Part shown: piece by piece, positions 19,501 through 28,843 of the stretch | Layout of the letters: each line of letters starts with the position of its first letter | Position numbering within the stretch: position 1 is the stretch's first letter | Assembly (NCBI GenBank): GCA_037441645.1 | Contig: JBBIRU010000010.1 | Location: 34,544-98,543, forward strand | Direction: 5' to 3' | Source: Bacteroidota bacterium | GTDB lineage: Bacteria > Bacteroidota > Bacteroidia > Bacteroidales > GWA2-32-17 | Length of the DNA: 64,000 bases | The notes under the pieces: model-generated | What the model was told of the DNA's origin: nothing | The model's database searches: none | Seen by the model: the letters and a program-made list of their open reading frames with translations, nothing else | Position numbers and translations under genes: made by a program

Positions 19501-19772
19501 GCTATGGATGCATTTTTTCTGATCTTTTCTTCGGAAAGGCCGCATTCTGAAGTCAGAAAATCAAGATGACCGGACTTTTTTCCGTTAGCTAACAAATATA
19601 ATTCTTCCAGGATTCGTTCTTTCATTTCGGCAGTAGCTTTATTGGTAAAAGTTACAGCCAGAATGTTACGGTAAACTACCGGGTTCTTTACTACATAGGA
19701 TAAATATTCCCGTGTCAGCATAAATGTTTTACCCGAACCGGCAGATGCCTTATATATTTTCAGCGAGGACAT
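16563..19772 (-). CDS. AddA/UvrD-family ATP-dependent helicase with C-terminal nuclease domain
   Basis: Walker A ASAGSGKTFMLT, helicase motifs (VTFTNKATAEM, FMIDEFQDTS, VGDVKQSIYRWR, NFRS, VSIHKSKGMQYE, LLYVATTRAK) and a C-terminal RPDRIVF...VIDYKTG nuclease motif. The ATG at 19772 is preferred over the TTG at 19778. Confidence 0.8.
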   Translation of the reverse strand: MSSLKIYKASAGSGKTFMLTREYLSYVVKNPVVYRNILAVTFTNKATAEMKERILEELYLLANGKKSGHLDFLTSECGLSEEKIRKNASIAFSLILHDYSNFSVTTIDSFFQKIFRSFLYELGIKFNFDLLLNDDEVLEEGVKQMMDSLEADQPVTDWLMQFIYDRMDEGKSYKVEDGLVKNSKEIFKERFMNYQEELFKKTTDKVFMNQYRNELNGLIKEFISALKNMGEDLLKEFEKAGFQSDDFSFGKSGVGGYVRRISKLKYNSDPKEFEYGKRVIDAQSDSENWTSKSSPKRNEIMSQAQNIFIQKLGSIVLYIENNKARYFSASLVLKNLYNLGLLSEIAGEAKDYTRRNGYFLLAEIPRFLAEVIGNDGAPFVYEKAGTRYNHFMIDEFQDTSQLQYRNFKPLVENSLSQGFGNLVVGDVKQSIYRWRNSDWQLLASQLNNDFGMFSPETITLEENFRSKPNIISFNNALYSVLPVLAATHTGENTVKIIELYKDAFQKQPEKQYSDQGYVRICFFDKEEFRGKVLSEWLPATVFRWWNKGIKDIAVLVRENRDIPDVFNALYNFRNEPGEHPCSDFRVVSGESLSLTVSGAVNFLVALIRYSVQPDDLVNRGLLLNEYKNYLTADTQNPADWFNYTVSDVKFVIPETQSEEFIHALELPLYEMIEHFIAIFHISSLKDEVPFILNFLDCVRDFSGKPMVSAQNFLDWWNENGSRQMVSMNDEKEAVKIVSIHKSKGMQYEAVLIPFPEWPMTPAIHPPLLWCTTIEVPFNKLPVIPVVYNKDMADSYFSEEYNEETLRSMVDNINLLYVATTRAKTVLEMACPQKEPAKVVYINELINKSLQSSGKIEVNGKTAEMKSLYDSEKQEFEIGNASEIIYREKESGSEKSTVSTVFATYIYNPEILVADNSYGIMTKEKDERIKYGLLIHEILSTIKYSDEMEDALSRFAVREKFTDEEKEHITKLLQSVFEIPEAGEWFDRQNKVLNEIIVIQKGGLQKRPDRIVFRNGKTIVIDYKTGQIEPGKNISQVKGYMKLLKEMGYAGVEGWLLYTDLLKAEKINSD

Positions 19773-19851
19773 TCTCAAAGATAATCAGAAATAATAAATT
19801 TCGATCAGTTAGCGTAAAGCACTTCTGTCAGTTTTTGAAATATAAATAAAA

Positions 19852-21681
19852 TTAAAGCGTATGGTGCTGATTTTGGATACTGTGAAGTTTTTTATAAAGC
19901 CCGTTTAAAGCAAGTAAATCAGAATGTTTTCCCCGTTCGATTATTTCTCCGTTATTGATCACAAGAATTTCATCAGCATTGACAATAGTGGATAACCGGT
20001 GTGCTATAACAATTGAGGTACGGTTACTCATAAGTTTGGTTAAAGCATCCTGTACCAGCCTTTCCGACTCCGTATCGAGCGATGATGTAGCTTCATCAAG
20101 AATTAATATGGGTGGATTCTTTAATACCGCACGGGCAATACTGATTCTTTGCTTTTGTCCGCCTGATAATTTATCGCCACTGTCACCGATATTGGTATAT
20201 AAATGATTCGGATATGCCTTAATAAATTCATATGCATTGGCGACCATAGCAGCCTCGGTTACTTTTTCTTCGGTTGCTTTGGTGCTTCCAAAGGCTATAT
20301 TGTTATAAAAAGTATCATTAAATAAGATAGGTTGTTGTGTAACAATTCCCATTAAATCACGCATATCTTTTATTTTAATATCTCTTATCGAGACTCCATC
20401 GACAAGAATATCTCCATCAGAAACATCGAAAAAACGGGGAATCAAATCGGCAACCGTTGATTTCCCTGCCCCGGAAGGACCTACTAGGGCTATCGTTTTT
20501 CCCTTTTCAATTTTCAGATTCACATTCTTAACAACGTACTCGTTTTCGTATTTAAAAGAAACATTTTTAAATTCGATACAAGAGTTAAACTCTGTAACAC
20601 TTATTGAATCTTCTTTTTCATGGATAACATCATCTGCGAACAGCACTGCTTCTATCCTGTCCAGAGAGGCCATTCCCTTTTGAATATTGTAATATGCCTG
20701 AGAGAAAGCTTTTGCAGGGTTAATAATTTGCGAGAAAATAATAATATATGCTATAAATTCCGTTGCTTTTAAATTGCCCTGATCATTTAAGACCATTGAT
20801 CCGCCAAAATACATCATAATAACCAAAACAATGGTACCCATAAATTCGCTCAATGGCGAGGCTAAATATCTTCTTCTGAAAATTTTAATCATTAACCGGG
20901 TATAGAATCCGTTCATGCTTTCAAAACGATCCTTCATTTTGGCTTCGGCATTAAAGCCTTTAATTATTCTTAATCCTGAAAGAGTTTCTTCAACAACACT
21001 GAGTATTCCCCCCATTCTTCTCTGCCCCTGATTTGATTGTTTTCTTAGTGTTTTTCCAATTCTCCCTATAACAAATCCACTCAATGGCAATAAAATAAGA
21101 ACAAATAAAGTGAGTTCATAACTCATAAATAAAAGTGTAAAGAAGTAGATTAATATTGTTAACGGATCGCGAAAAATCATTTCAATGGAACTCATGATAC
21201 TCCATTCAACTTCCTGCACATCGCTCGACATACGGCTAAGAATATCGCCCTTTCTTTCATTTGAAAAATAGGATAATGGAAGTCTGAGTATTTTAGAATA
21301 CAGTTTATTTCTAATGTCCTTAATTACTCCATTTCTTAAAGGTGCCATGAAATAATTCGCAAGAAAAATACAAAGGTTCTTTAGCAAAGAACTCATAACA
21401 ACTACCAAACAAACAATGACAAGAGCCGCGACCTTTCCATGATCATCAATCTGACTTGTAAGGAAATAATTAAAATAATGTCTGATTGATTCTACATTGA
21501 AAGCAAATGCCATTTTATCTCTAACAGGTTCTTGAATATTAAATAAAACCCCTAAAAAAGGGATTACCATCGTTAGTGAAAAAAGGGCGAAAACAGCACC
21601 TAAAACATTGAAAATTGCATTTAATAGCGCTAGTCCCCAATAAGGTTTAATATAAACAAAAAGTCTGCGGAGCTTTTTCAT
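19852..21681 (-). CDS. ABC transporter, fused permease/ATPase (MsbA-like exporter)
   Basis: Six-TM N-terminal half, Walker A GPSGAGKST, signature LSGGQKQR and Walker B ILILDEATSSLD. Confidence 0.85.
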   Translation of the reverse strand: MKKLRRLFVYIKPYWGLALLNAIFNVLGAVFALFSLTMVIPFLGVLFNIQEPVRDKMAFAFNVESIRHYFNYFLTSQIDDHGKVAALVIVCLVVVMSSLLKNLCIFLANYFMAPLRNGVIKDIRNKLYSKILRLPLSYFSNERKGDILSRMSSDVQEVEWSIMSSIEMIFRDPLTILIYFFTLLFMSYELTLFVLILLPLSGFVIGRIGKTLRKQSNQGQRRMGGILSVVEETLSGLRIIKGFNAEAKMKDRFESMNGFYTRLMIKIFRRRYLASPLSEFMGTIVLVIMMYFGGSMVLNDQGNLKATEFIAYIIIFSQIINPAKAFSQAYYNIQKGMASLDRIEAVLFADDVIHEKEDSISVTEFNSCIEFKNVSFKYENEYVVKNVNLKIEKGKTIALVGPSGAGKSTVADLIPRFFDVSDGDILVDGVSIRDIKIKDMRDLMGIVTQQPILFNDTFYNNIAFGSTKATEEKVTEAAMVANAYEFIKAYPNHLYTNIGDSGDKLSGGQKQRISIARAVLKNPPILILDEATSSLDTESERLVQDALTKLMSNRTSIVIAHRLSTIVNADEILVINNGEIIERGKHSDLLALNGLYKKLHSIQNQHHTL

Positions 21682-21690
21682 GAAATAACA

Positions 21691-23034
21691 TTATATACCT
21701 GTATAGGTAAATGGAGTAATCTTTCTCAATTCTTCTTTTACAAGATCACTAACGGATAAATTATCTATAAATTCTGATATCGACACGGAAGTGATTTTCT
21801 CGTTAACCCTGGTTAATTGTTTTAATGCTTCATAAGCATTGGGATAACCTTCCCTCCTGAGAATCGTCTGGATTCCTTCGGCAACAACCGCCCAGTTATC
21901 TGATAAATCTGCATCAATAACATCCTTATTGACAAGAATTTTATTCAACCCTTTTTCGAGAGATTTTAACGCAATAAGCGTATGGGCAAAGGGCACTCCG
22001 ATATTACGGGAAACGGTTGAGTCGGTCAGATCCCTCTGTAATCTTGAAACCGGTAATTTTGACGAAATAAATTCAAAAGCGGCATTTGCCAATCCCAGGT
22101 TTCCTTCGGCATTTTCAAAATCAATGGGGTTTACTTTATGGGGCATAGCTGACGAACCTATTTCCCCTTCTTTAATCTTTTGTTTAAAATAACCCATCGA
22201 AACATAAGTCCAGATATCGCGGCAAAGGTCTATCAGAATCACATTGATTCTTTTCAGGTTATCAAAAAGCGCTGCAAGGTTATCGTAATGCTCAATCTGG
22301 GTAGTGGTCTGAGACCTTTCCAGTTCAAGAACATGATTTACAAAAGCATTTGCAAATTCTGCCCATCTCACCGAAGGATATGCTGCAAAATGTGCATTAA
22401 AATTTCCGGTAGCTCCTCCAAACTTTGCGGAATAAGGAATTACATATAACAATCCCAGTTGTTTATGAATTCTTTCAACAAATACCATTAGTTCTTTACC
22501 TAAACGGGTAGGTGAAGCCGGTTGCCCGTGAGTACGCGCCAGCATAGGAATATCTTTCCAGTCATCCGCCATATTGATCAGTTTATCAACCAGGCCATCA
22601 ACGGTTGGAAAATACACTTCATTCATGGCATGCTTTAAAGATAATGGTATAGCTGTATTATTTATATCCTGGGAGGTAAGGCCAAAATGAATAAATTCCT
22701 TAAATTCTGTCAAGCCAAGTTTGTCAAATTTCTCTTTTAAAAAATACTCGACAGCTTTAACATCATGATTCGTTATTTTTTCAATACTTTTTATTTTCTC
22801 TGCATCTTTTACAGTAAAATTCCCGTGAATTTCCAGTAATAAATTGAAATTTGAATGATCAAACTTAACCAGTTGAACAAGAGGAATTCTGCAAAGAGAA
22901 ATAAAATATTGAATTTCAACAAAAACCCTGTATTTAATAAGTGCATACTCGCTGAAGTATTTATCAAGCACCTGGGTTTTATCCCTATAACGACCATCAA
23001 CCGGCGATACAGATGTCAATTCAGATAAATTCAT
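21691..23034 (-). CDS. purB: Adenylosuccinate lyase
   Basis: 447 aa. SPVDGRY at the N-terminus, the fumarate-lyase signature GSSAMPHKVNP, and TSQDINNTA. Confidence 0.92.
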   Translation of the reverse strand: MNLSELTSVSPVDGRYRDKTQVLDKYFSEYALIKYRVFVEIQYFISLCRIPLVQLVKFDHSNFNLLLEIHGNFTVKDAEKIKSIEKITNHDVKAVEYFLKEKFDKLGLTEFKEFIHFGLTSQDINNTAIPLSLKHAMNEVYFPTVDGLVDKLINMADDWKDIPMLARTHGQPASPTRLGKELMVFVERIHKQLGLLYVIPYSAKFGGATGNFNAHFAAYPSVRWAEFANAFVNHVLELERSQTTTQIEHYDNLAALFDNLKRINVILIDLCRDIWTYVSMGYFKQKIKEGEIGSSAMPHKVNPIDFENAEGNLGLANAAFEFISSKLPVSRLQRDLTDSTVSRNIGVPFAHTLIALKSLEKGLNKILVNKDVIDADLSDNWAVVAEGIQTILRREGYPNAYEALKQLTRVNEKITSVSISEFIDNLSVSDLVKEELRKITPFTYTGI

Positions 23035-23055
23035 TATTTATTCTTTAAACGAGCA

Positions 23056-23063
23056 CAAAGATA
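23056..23063 (-). promoter_or_regulatory. -7 promoter box (TAtcTTTG on the minus strand) upstream of purB
   Basis: The + strand caaagata is the reverse complement of tatctttg. It lies 21 nt upstream of the purB ATG at 23034. Confidence 0.4.
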
Positions 23064-23164
23064 AACATTTCAAACTTTTATAAAAGATTAGGAAAAATAT
23101 GAGAAATGTAATATTTTTGGTTTTCCATTTACATTAATTTTGAATTAAACCAAATTTTACAAAT

Positions 23165-25279
23165 ATGAAGAAAATTACACTTGTTCTGTTCTTAATCCTT
23201 TTAGGAAATGTTTACTTTGCTTCATCACAAAGCATTGTTGTAACCACTCCGCAGGAAAGAAATGTTGTTCTTGAAGAATTCACGGGAATTCATTGTCAAT
23301 ACTGTCCCGAAGGGCATACCATTGCCCAGGCGTTGCAGGATGCACATCCCGGAAGAGTAGTCCTTGTGAATGTACATCAGGGAGGTTATGCAACACCTTC
23401 GGGCAGCGAACCTGATTTCCGCACTGCTTTTGGCGATGCTCTTGCCACAAATGCCTCTGTATCAGGCTATCCTTCAGGAACCGTTAACAGGCATTTATAT
23501 CCGAATATCGAAGCTACCATGGCATTGGGTCGTGGCAGCTGGAATGCCGCTGCTAACGAAGTATTTGCACAGCAATCACCGGTAAATGTCGGGTTCAATT
23601 CTTCTTATAACAGCGGAACCGGCGAACTTACTGTTAATGTGGAACTATATTATACCCAAAACAGCCCTGCTGCCGATAACTTCATCCAGGTTGCATTTTT
23701 AGAGAATCATCTTATAGGATTTCAGCAGTTAACTACCGGAACAAATAGCGCTTACGATCATAAGCATGTATTGCGTCATTTTATTACCGGCCAGTGGGGA
23801 GATATTGTCAGCACAACTACCCAGGGCACATTGGTTCAAAGAACTTATGTTTATACCGTTCCGGCAACGTATATCAATACAAACTGCACTATTTCAAATT
23901 GTGATGTGGCCGTTTATGTTTCAGAAAATCACAATGAAGTTTATACCGGTGGAGTTGCTGCCGTTGGCTCCAGTTTCAACGGAGGAATGAGTTTATATAC
24001 CGGAAACTTTAATCACCCAGCCGGAGAATTTTTACAGGGAACACAAGGTAATGTATCAACCTTTACTTTCTCTTCCTATTCCTCACTAACAGGAACAGAG
24101 GATTTCACCTATACCCTTACTACCGATGCTCCGGGTGACTGGGCAGGAAATTTCACCGTTGACGGAACAACTTATACTACAACGGCTACTGTGCCTGTTG
24201 CAAACGCAACCCCGGCAAATATTACCGTAAACGTTACGCCCGGGGCAACTGCAGCGGTTGCCAAATATACCCTGACCATGACATCTGTAAATAATCCCGG
24301 GGCCAATCCTCATATTATTGAATTATATGTAATTTCCGGAATTACCGACCTGGTTGTAAATGGCAGCGGCAGCTGGGGCGACGGAGGTTCGTATAACTGG
24401 CAGAGTGTTTATACCGACGGCCTTACTTTTGCCGGAAACACATCATTTGCCGCTGTTAATGCAAATGTAATGTTAAAAGCAGCAAACGGCAATGCATTAG
24501 GTGGTGTCGGCCATATGTATCTGAATATCGGCTGGACATTTCCCTCTTTCCAGGATGATGAAGCCACCGCCCTTATGAACTTTATGAATAACGGGGGTAA
24601 TGTTATGGTATGCGGCCAGGATATCGGATGGGACATTAAATCAGGTTCCGGATATGGTACTACAATTACCTCGAATTTATACACCAATTATATGCATGCT
24701 ACTTACAATGCTGACGGCGGAACCGGAAACAATTCACTGAACCCGGTCGCAACCGATTTAATTTTCGGAGGAACAGGCACCTCGCCTATTATTGATGTAT
24801 ATAACGGTAATCTTTACCCCGACCAGATAACCCCGATAACCGGGGCCGTATCTACTTTCAAATACGGCACTTCGGCCAATAACGGCGGTATCCGTTATAC
24901 CAACGGAACCTATAAAATGGTTTATATTGCACCGGGAATGGAACATTTAAGCAATATCACCACTAAAAATAACATTTTAAAACAAACACACGATTGGTTT
25001 CATGGCCTTTTAAGTGCTGAAAGCGCTAAAGCCAATCCATCTGATATTATTATTTATCCTAATCCGGCTTCCGATAAATTATATATTGATGCTTTCACTT
25101 ACAACCCTTCAGACCTTTCTGTTCAGATAGCAGATATTACAGGAAAAACAGTTCTGGAATCAGGCACATTATCGCAAAACCAATCCATTAATATTTCCAG
25201 TCTGGAAAGCGGATTTTACTTTGTAAAAATCTCCGGAAAAAACTCACAGGAAGTAAGAAAAATTGAAATTATAAAATAG
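23165..25279 (+). CDS. T9SS-secreted protein with an N-terminal Omp28-like/thioredoxin-like domain
   Basis: Signal peptide, then VVLEEFTGIHCQYCPEGH (an Omp28-related CxxC region). The C-terminal roughly 80 aa (IIIYPNPASDKLYID...GFYFVKISGKNSQEVRKIEIIK) match the Por/T9SS C-terminal sorting domain pattern. Confidence 0.7.
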   Translation: MKKITLVLFLILLGNVYFASSQSIVVTTPQERNVVLEEFTGIHCQYCPEGHTIAQALQDAHPGRVVLVNVHQGGYATPSGSEPDFRTAFGDALATNASVSGYPSGTVNRHLYPNIEATMALGRGSWNAAANEVFAQQSPVNVGFNSSYNSGTGELTVNVELYYTQNSPAADNFIQVAFLENHLIGFQQLTTGTNSAYDHKHVLRHFITGQWGDIVSTTTQGTLVQRTYVYTVPATYINTNCTISNCDVAVYVSENHNEVYTGGVAAVGSSFNGGMSLYTGNFNHPAGEFLQGTQGNVSTFTFSSYSSLTGTEDFTYTLTTDAPGDWAGNFTVDGTTYTTTATVPVANATPANITVNVTPGATAAVAKYTLTMTSVNNPGANPHIIELYVISGITDLVVNGSGSWGDGGSYNWQSVYTDGLTFAGNTSFAAVNANVMLKAANGNALGGVGHMYLNIGWTFPSFQDDEATALMNFMNNGGNVMVCGQDIGWDIKSGSGYGTTITSNLYTNYMHATYNADGGTGNNSLNPVATDLIFGGTGTSPIIDVYNGNLYPDQITPITGAVSTFKYGTSANNGGIRYTNGTYKMVYIAPGMEHLSNITTKNNILKQTHDWFHGLLSAESAKANPSDIIIYPNPASDKLYIDAFTYNPSDLSVQIADITGKTVLESGTLSQNQSINISSLESGFYFVKISGKNSQEVRKIEIIK

Positions 25280-25291
25280 TACTGGCTGAAT

Positions 25292-25332
25292 AAAAAACCA
25301 AAGGCTGCGAATTTCGCAGCCTTTGGTTTTTT
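25292..25332. terminator. Bidirectional rho-independent terminator between convergent genes
   Basis: aaaaaaccaaaggctgcgaa / t / ttcgcagcctttggtttttt is a near-perfect 20-bp palindrome with a GC-rich core, an A-run on the left and a T-run on the right. Confidence 0.85.
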
Positions 25333-25342
25333 TAAAACGATT

Positions 25343-27103
25343 TTAGTAAAGATAAATATCGTAAGGCATTCTGGCCAATACTCCATTCAGGCCGGTCAGA
25401 TTCTGCATTGTTTTAAAATATTTGTAAGCGGGTCCGAGTTCTTTCTGCAAATAGGTTGTTGATGCATTTTCTTTCATTTCTTTCATAATCTGGTCAAAAA
25501 ACGGAAGTTTTTCCGGCATCTCAATAATTCTGACCTGATCGGCTCCTACTTTTTCTTTGGCAATTTCAATAGCTCTTACCAAACCACCAAACTCATCAAT
25601 CAAACCGATTTTTTTTGCATTATCGCCACTCCACACACGGCCCTGCCCTATGCTGTCGACATTAGCTTTCTCAATACCTCTTCCATCGGCAACATGCCCA
25701 AGAAACACATCGTAAATTTCTTCAACACCTTGCTGAATGACAGCTTTTTCTCCCCTGGTCATGGGCCTGAACATAGAGCCGATACCTGCGCTTGCATTGG
25801 TTTTAACTCCATCAAAAGTAATTCCCAGTTTGTCGTTAAAAAGTTTCTGTGCATTCATCATCAGGCCAAAAACCCCGATGGAGCCGGTTATGGTAGTATG
25901 ATCGGCAACAATAACACTGGCCGGGCAGGAAATATAATATCCTCCGGAGGCAGCAACATCACCCATACTTACAATAACAGGCTTTACTTTTTTTGTAAGC
26001 ATTACTTCTCTCCAAATAACTTCTGAAGCTAACGCACTACCACCCGGACTGTTAACTCTTAACACAATGGCTTTTATCGAACTGTCCTCACGGGCTTTTC
26101 TTATTGTCTCAGATAATCCTTCTGATCCTATAGAGGCATCATCGCCCTGGCCCATTCCAATTTCACCGGTGGCGTAAATCAACGCTATTTTACTTTTTTT
26201 ACCTTTTTTGGTATTTACTGCCACTTTCCTATAGTTCTTCATTTCTACAAAACCCAGTTTTTTTCCTTTTGGAAGAGATACCAGGGAATGCAACTCATCT
26301 ATAATTTCGTCATAATATTTTAAGCCGTCTACCAGTCCCAGTTGCTGCGACATTATTGCATTCTTAACAAGCATACTGTCAGCCATTAAATTAAGACTAT
26401 CGATGCTTATCTTCCTTTCTTCGGAAATTCCTTTTAACAGGTAATTCCAGATTGAGCCTACATAAGTCAATGTCTGTTCTTTATTTTCAGAACTCATTTT
26501 ATCGAGAATAAAAGGCTCAACGGCGCTTTTGAATTTTCCATGACGGATTACTTCAGGTTCTACTCCTAATTTCTCAAGAGCTCCTTTAAAAAACATAACT
26601 TCCGATTCAAGTCCTTTAAATTCAACTGTTCCCTGTGGATTTAAATAAATTTTATCAGCAGCAGTCGATAAATAATATGCACCCTGTGTATAGTAATCAT
26701 TATAAGCAATAATAAATTTTCCTGATTTCCGGAAATCCAGAAGAGCATCACGTATCTCTTCAATTGTTGCAGGACTTGATTGCAGATCGGGAATATCCAT
26801 AAATATTCCTTTGATATTCTGGTCTTCTTTTGCTTTTCTTATATTTCTTAAAATGTCATTCAATCCCAGGTTAATATTTGCTTTAAACGAACCAAAATTC
26901 ATATTTTCAAAAGGATTATCCGACGTACGTTCGGTTATCGGGTAATCCAGCCTGATATGTAAAATTGATGAAGGTTCAATTTTAACTTCATCTTCCTTGC
27001 CGGAAATTGAAGCAACAATCATTAAAAAGACAAAAAAGAGGATAACATTAACTACTATTATTCCCAAGATTGTCGCAAAAAAATATTTAAAAAATTCTTT
27101 CAT
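25343..27103 (-). CDS. sppA: Signal peptide peptidase SppA (67K type)
   Basis: 586 aa with an N-terminal TM helix and two ClpP/S49 repeats (NSPGGSALASE, GDVAASGGYYIS). Confidence 0.88.
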   Translation of the reverse strand: MKEFFKYFFATILGIIVVNVILFFVFLMIVASISGKEDEVKIEPSSILHIRLDYPITERTSDNPFENMNFGSFKANINLGLNDILRNIRKAKEDQNIKGIFMDIPDLQSSPATIEEIRDALLDFRKSGKFIIAYNDYYTQGAYYLSTAADKIYLNPQGTVEFKGLESEVMFFKGALEKLGVEPEVIRHGKFKSAVEPFILDKMSSENKEQTLTYVGSIWNYLLKGISEERKISIDSLNLMADSMLVKNAIMSQQLGLVDGLKYYDEIIDELHSLVSLPKGKKLGFVEMKNYRKVAVNTKKGKKSKIALIYATGEIGMGQGDDASIGSEGLSETIRKAREDSSIKAIVLRVNSPGGSALASEVIWREVMLTKKVKPVIVSMGDVAASGGYYISCPASVIVADHTTITGSIGVFGLMMNAQKLFNDKLGITFDGVKTNASAGIGSMFRPMTRGEKAVIQQGVEEIYDVFLGHVADGRGIEKANVDSIGQGRVWSGDNAKKIGLIDEFGGLVRAIEIAKEKVGADQVRIIEMPEKLPFFDQIMKEMKENASTTYLQKELGPAYKYFKTMQNLTGLNGVLARMPYDIYLY

Positions 27104-27193
27104 AAATGGTTTTTATTAAGTGTTTATTTTAAGATATCTATTCAAAGACGAAATTGCATAATTAAAAGTTACAACAAAAATTTAAAAATGAAA

Positions 27194-27925
27194 TTAAAAT
27201 AATTTAAGAATTTTTCCGGAAAAGTGATTCCCGGTATCCGGGTTAAGTGATATAAAATACAAGCCGGAATCCAGGCTTTTCATATCTATAACAGGTTCTG
27301 GTTCCGTTATTCTTTTATTAAACAACAAAGCTCCGCTTTGAGAATAGAATGAAACAACAGCAGGTAATTCAACAGGTAAAAAATTTATTTTTAAAACAGA
27401 CTCATCCATTGAGTAATAAAATTTAGCCTGTGAATGTGCTGTATTATCTGAAACCCCAGAAACCGGACATGAAACATCATTTTGCTGAATGGATTCAACC
27501 GGAACCTGTTTCATAAAACGATTCGGACAGATAGCGATATATTGAGGAGCATAAGTAACTCCATAATCGTTAACAACTGAATTATTATATTGAGTACTGA
27601 AAGAAGGAAAAGTAGCAGGAAACTGATTATAAAAAGCATGAATTGCCGAATCGGAAACCCCGTTTATTTCTATACTCCAAACCCATACAGAATCACCATT
27701 ATATCCATGTTCCTGCCAGAAATTCTCAAGAATGGAAGTATTAACCTGGCAGGTTCCGCAATTAGTAATAAAAAAATCAAGAATCACTGTTTTTCCAAAA
27801 TCAAGCTCTGTGTACAGGTTTCTGGTAACACCGTCAATATCTGTTAATGTAAAATCGGGTGCTGGGTTCTGTGCCCGGCTATTAAAAAGAAATGAAAAAA
27901 AATATATTAATATCAGATATTTCAT
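27194..27925 (-). CDS. TlpA/redoxin-like thiol-disulfide oxidoreductase with a T9SS C-terminal sorting domain
   Basis: Signal peptide, APDFTLTDIDG...GKTVILDFFITNCGTCQ (redoxin CxxC), and a C-terminal GLYFISLNPDTGNHFSGKILKLF T9SS-type tail. Confidence 0.7.
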   Translation of the reverse strand: MKYLILIYFFSFLFNSRAQNPAPDFTLTDIDGVTRNLYTELDFGKTVILDFFITNCGTCQVNTSILENFWQEHGYNGDSVWVWSIEINGVSDSAIHAFYNQFPATFPSFSTQYNNSVVNDYGVTYAPQYIAICPNRFMKQVPVESIQQNDVSCPVSGVSDNTAHSQAKFYYSMDESVLKINFLPVELPAVVSFYSQSGALLFNKRITEPEPVIDMKSLDSGLYFISLNPDTGNHFSGKILKLF

Positions 27926-28002
27926 AATTCGAAATTAATACTTTTCTTTTTAAAAAATTTATTATTTTTGAACACAAAATTTTTATTTCAAACTTATTGT
28001 TT

Positions 28003-28827
28003 ATGAGAATAAAACATATTAAACTGCTATTAATAAGCGGTATTACGGTCATAATGTTTTCTTGCAATGATTCAACTCCTCCCGTTGAAAATGTTTTGGA
28101 AGATTCTACTTCCATGGAAAACGAAACCGAACTAATTAAAAATACGGTTAAAATTCCTTCGCCCATTGAGCTTTACACTTTTATGTATGATGCCAATGCA
28201 AAGTTTGGTAAGGAAAACCTTAATTCAGTTGATAACCGTAGTAAATACAATACTAATCAGAAAAAAGCCTTAAACCTTGGGGTTTATGCCTCTGATTTAG
28301 GTTATTGCACTGTTTTTAAACAAAATAAAGAAACCTTTTCCTATTTTTCTGTAACAAAGAAAATGGCCGATGAAATGGGGCTCACAGAAGGATTTGATGA
28401 GAAAATTGTTAAGCGAATTGATCAAAACATGAGTAACAGCGATTCATTGTACCAGATCAGTAACGATTCATACAGTACAGCTGTTCGTTTCCTGGAACAA
28501 CAGGGACAAGGAAATTTACTTCCCCTGATGATAACAGGTGCCTGGGTTGAGAGTGTTAACATTGCCATAAAATCTGTAGAAAAATTCAACTCCGACAATG
28601 AAATTGTTTTGAGAATTGCAGACCAGGGTTTACTTCTTGAAAATTTACTCGAAATGTATACTTCTCTCGACGAAGCTGATAAACAAACCGATATTTACAA
28701 TAAACTTCTTGATTTGCAGCAATCTTTCGATAAACTATATGACAACACTGATGTTATAATTACCAAACACCAGTTCGACGAAATATCATCAAAAATAAAA
28801 TTAATCAGGGCAGAAATTATTGGTTAA
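28003..28827 (+). CDS. Lipoprotein of unknown function
   Basis: The ATG at 28003 gives MRIKHIKLLLISGITVIMFSCNDS, which has a lipobox. The track start at 27997 is TTG. The mature part looks helical and I recognise no motif. Confidence 0.55.
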   Translation: MRIKHIKLLLISGITVIMFSCNDSTPPVENVLEDSTSMENETELIKNTVKIPSPIELYTFMYDANAKFGKENLNSVDNRSKYNTNQKKALNLGVYASDLGYCTVFKQNKETFSYFSVTKKMADEMGLTEGFDEKIVKRIDQNMSNSDSLYQISNDSYSTAVRFLEQQGQGNLLPLMITGAWVESVNIAIKSVEKFNSDNEIVLRIADQGLLLENLLEMYTSLDEADKQTDIYNKLLDLQQSFDKLYDNTDVIITKHQFDEISSKIKLIRAEIIG

Positions 28828-28843
28828 TAAAAAAGATTAAGTC

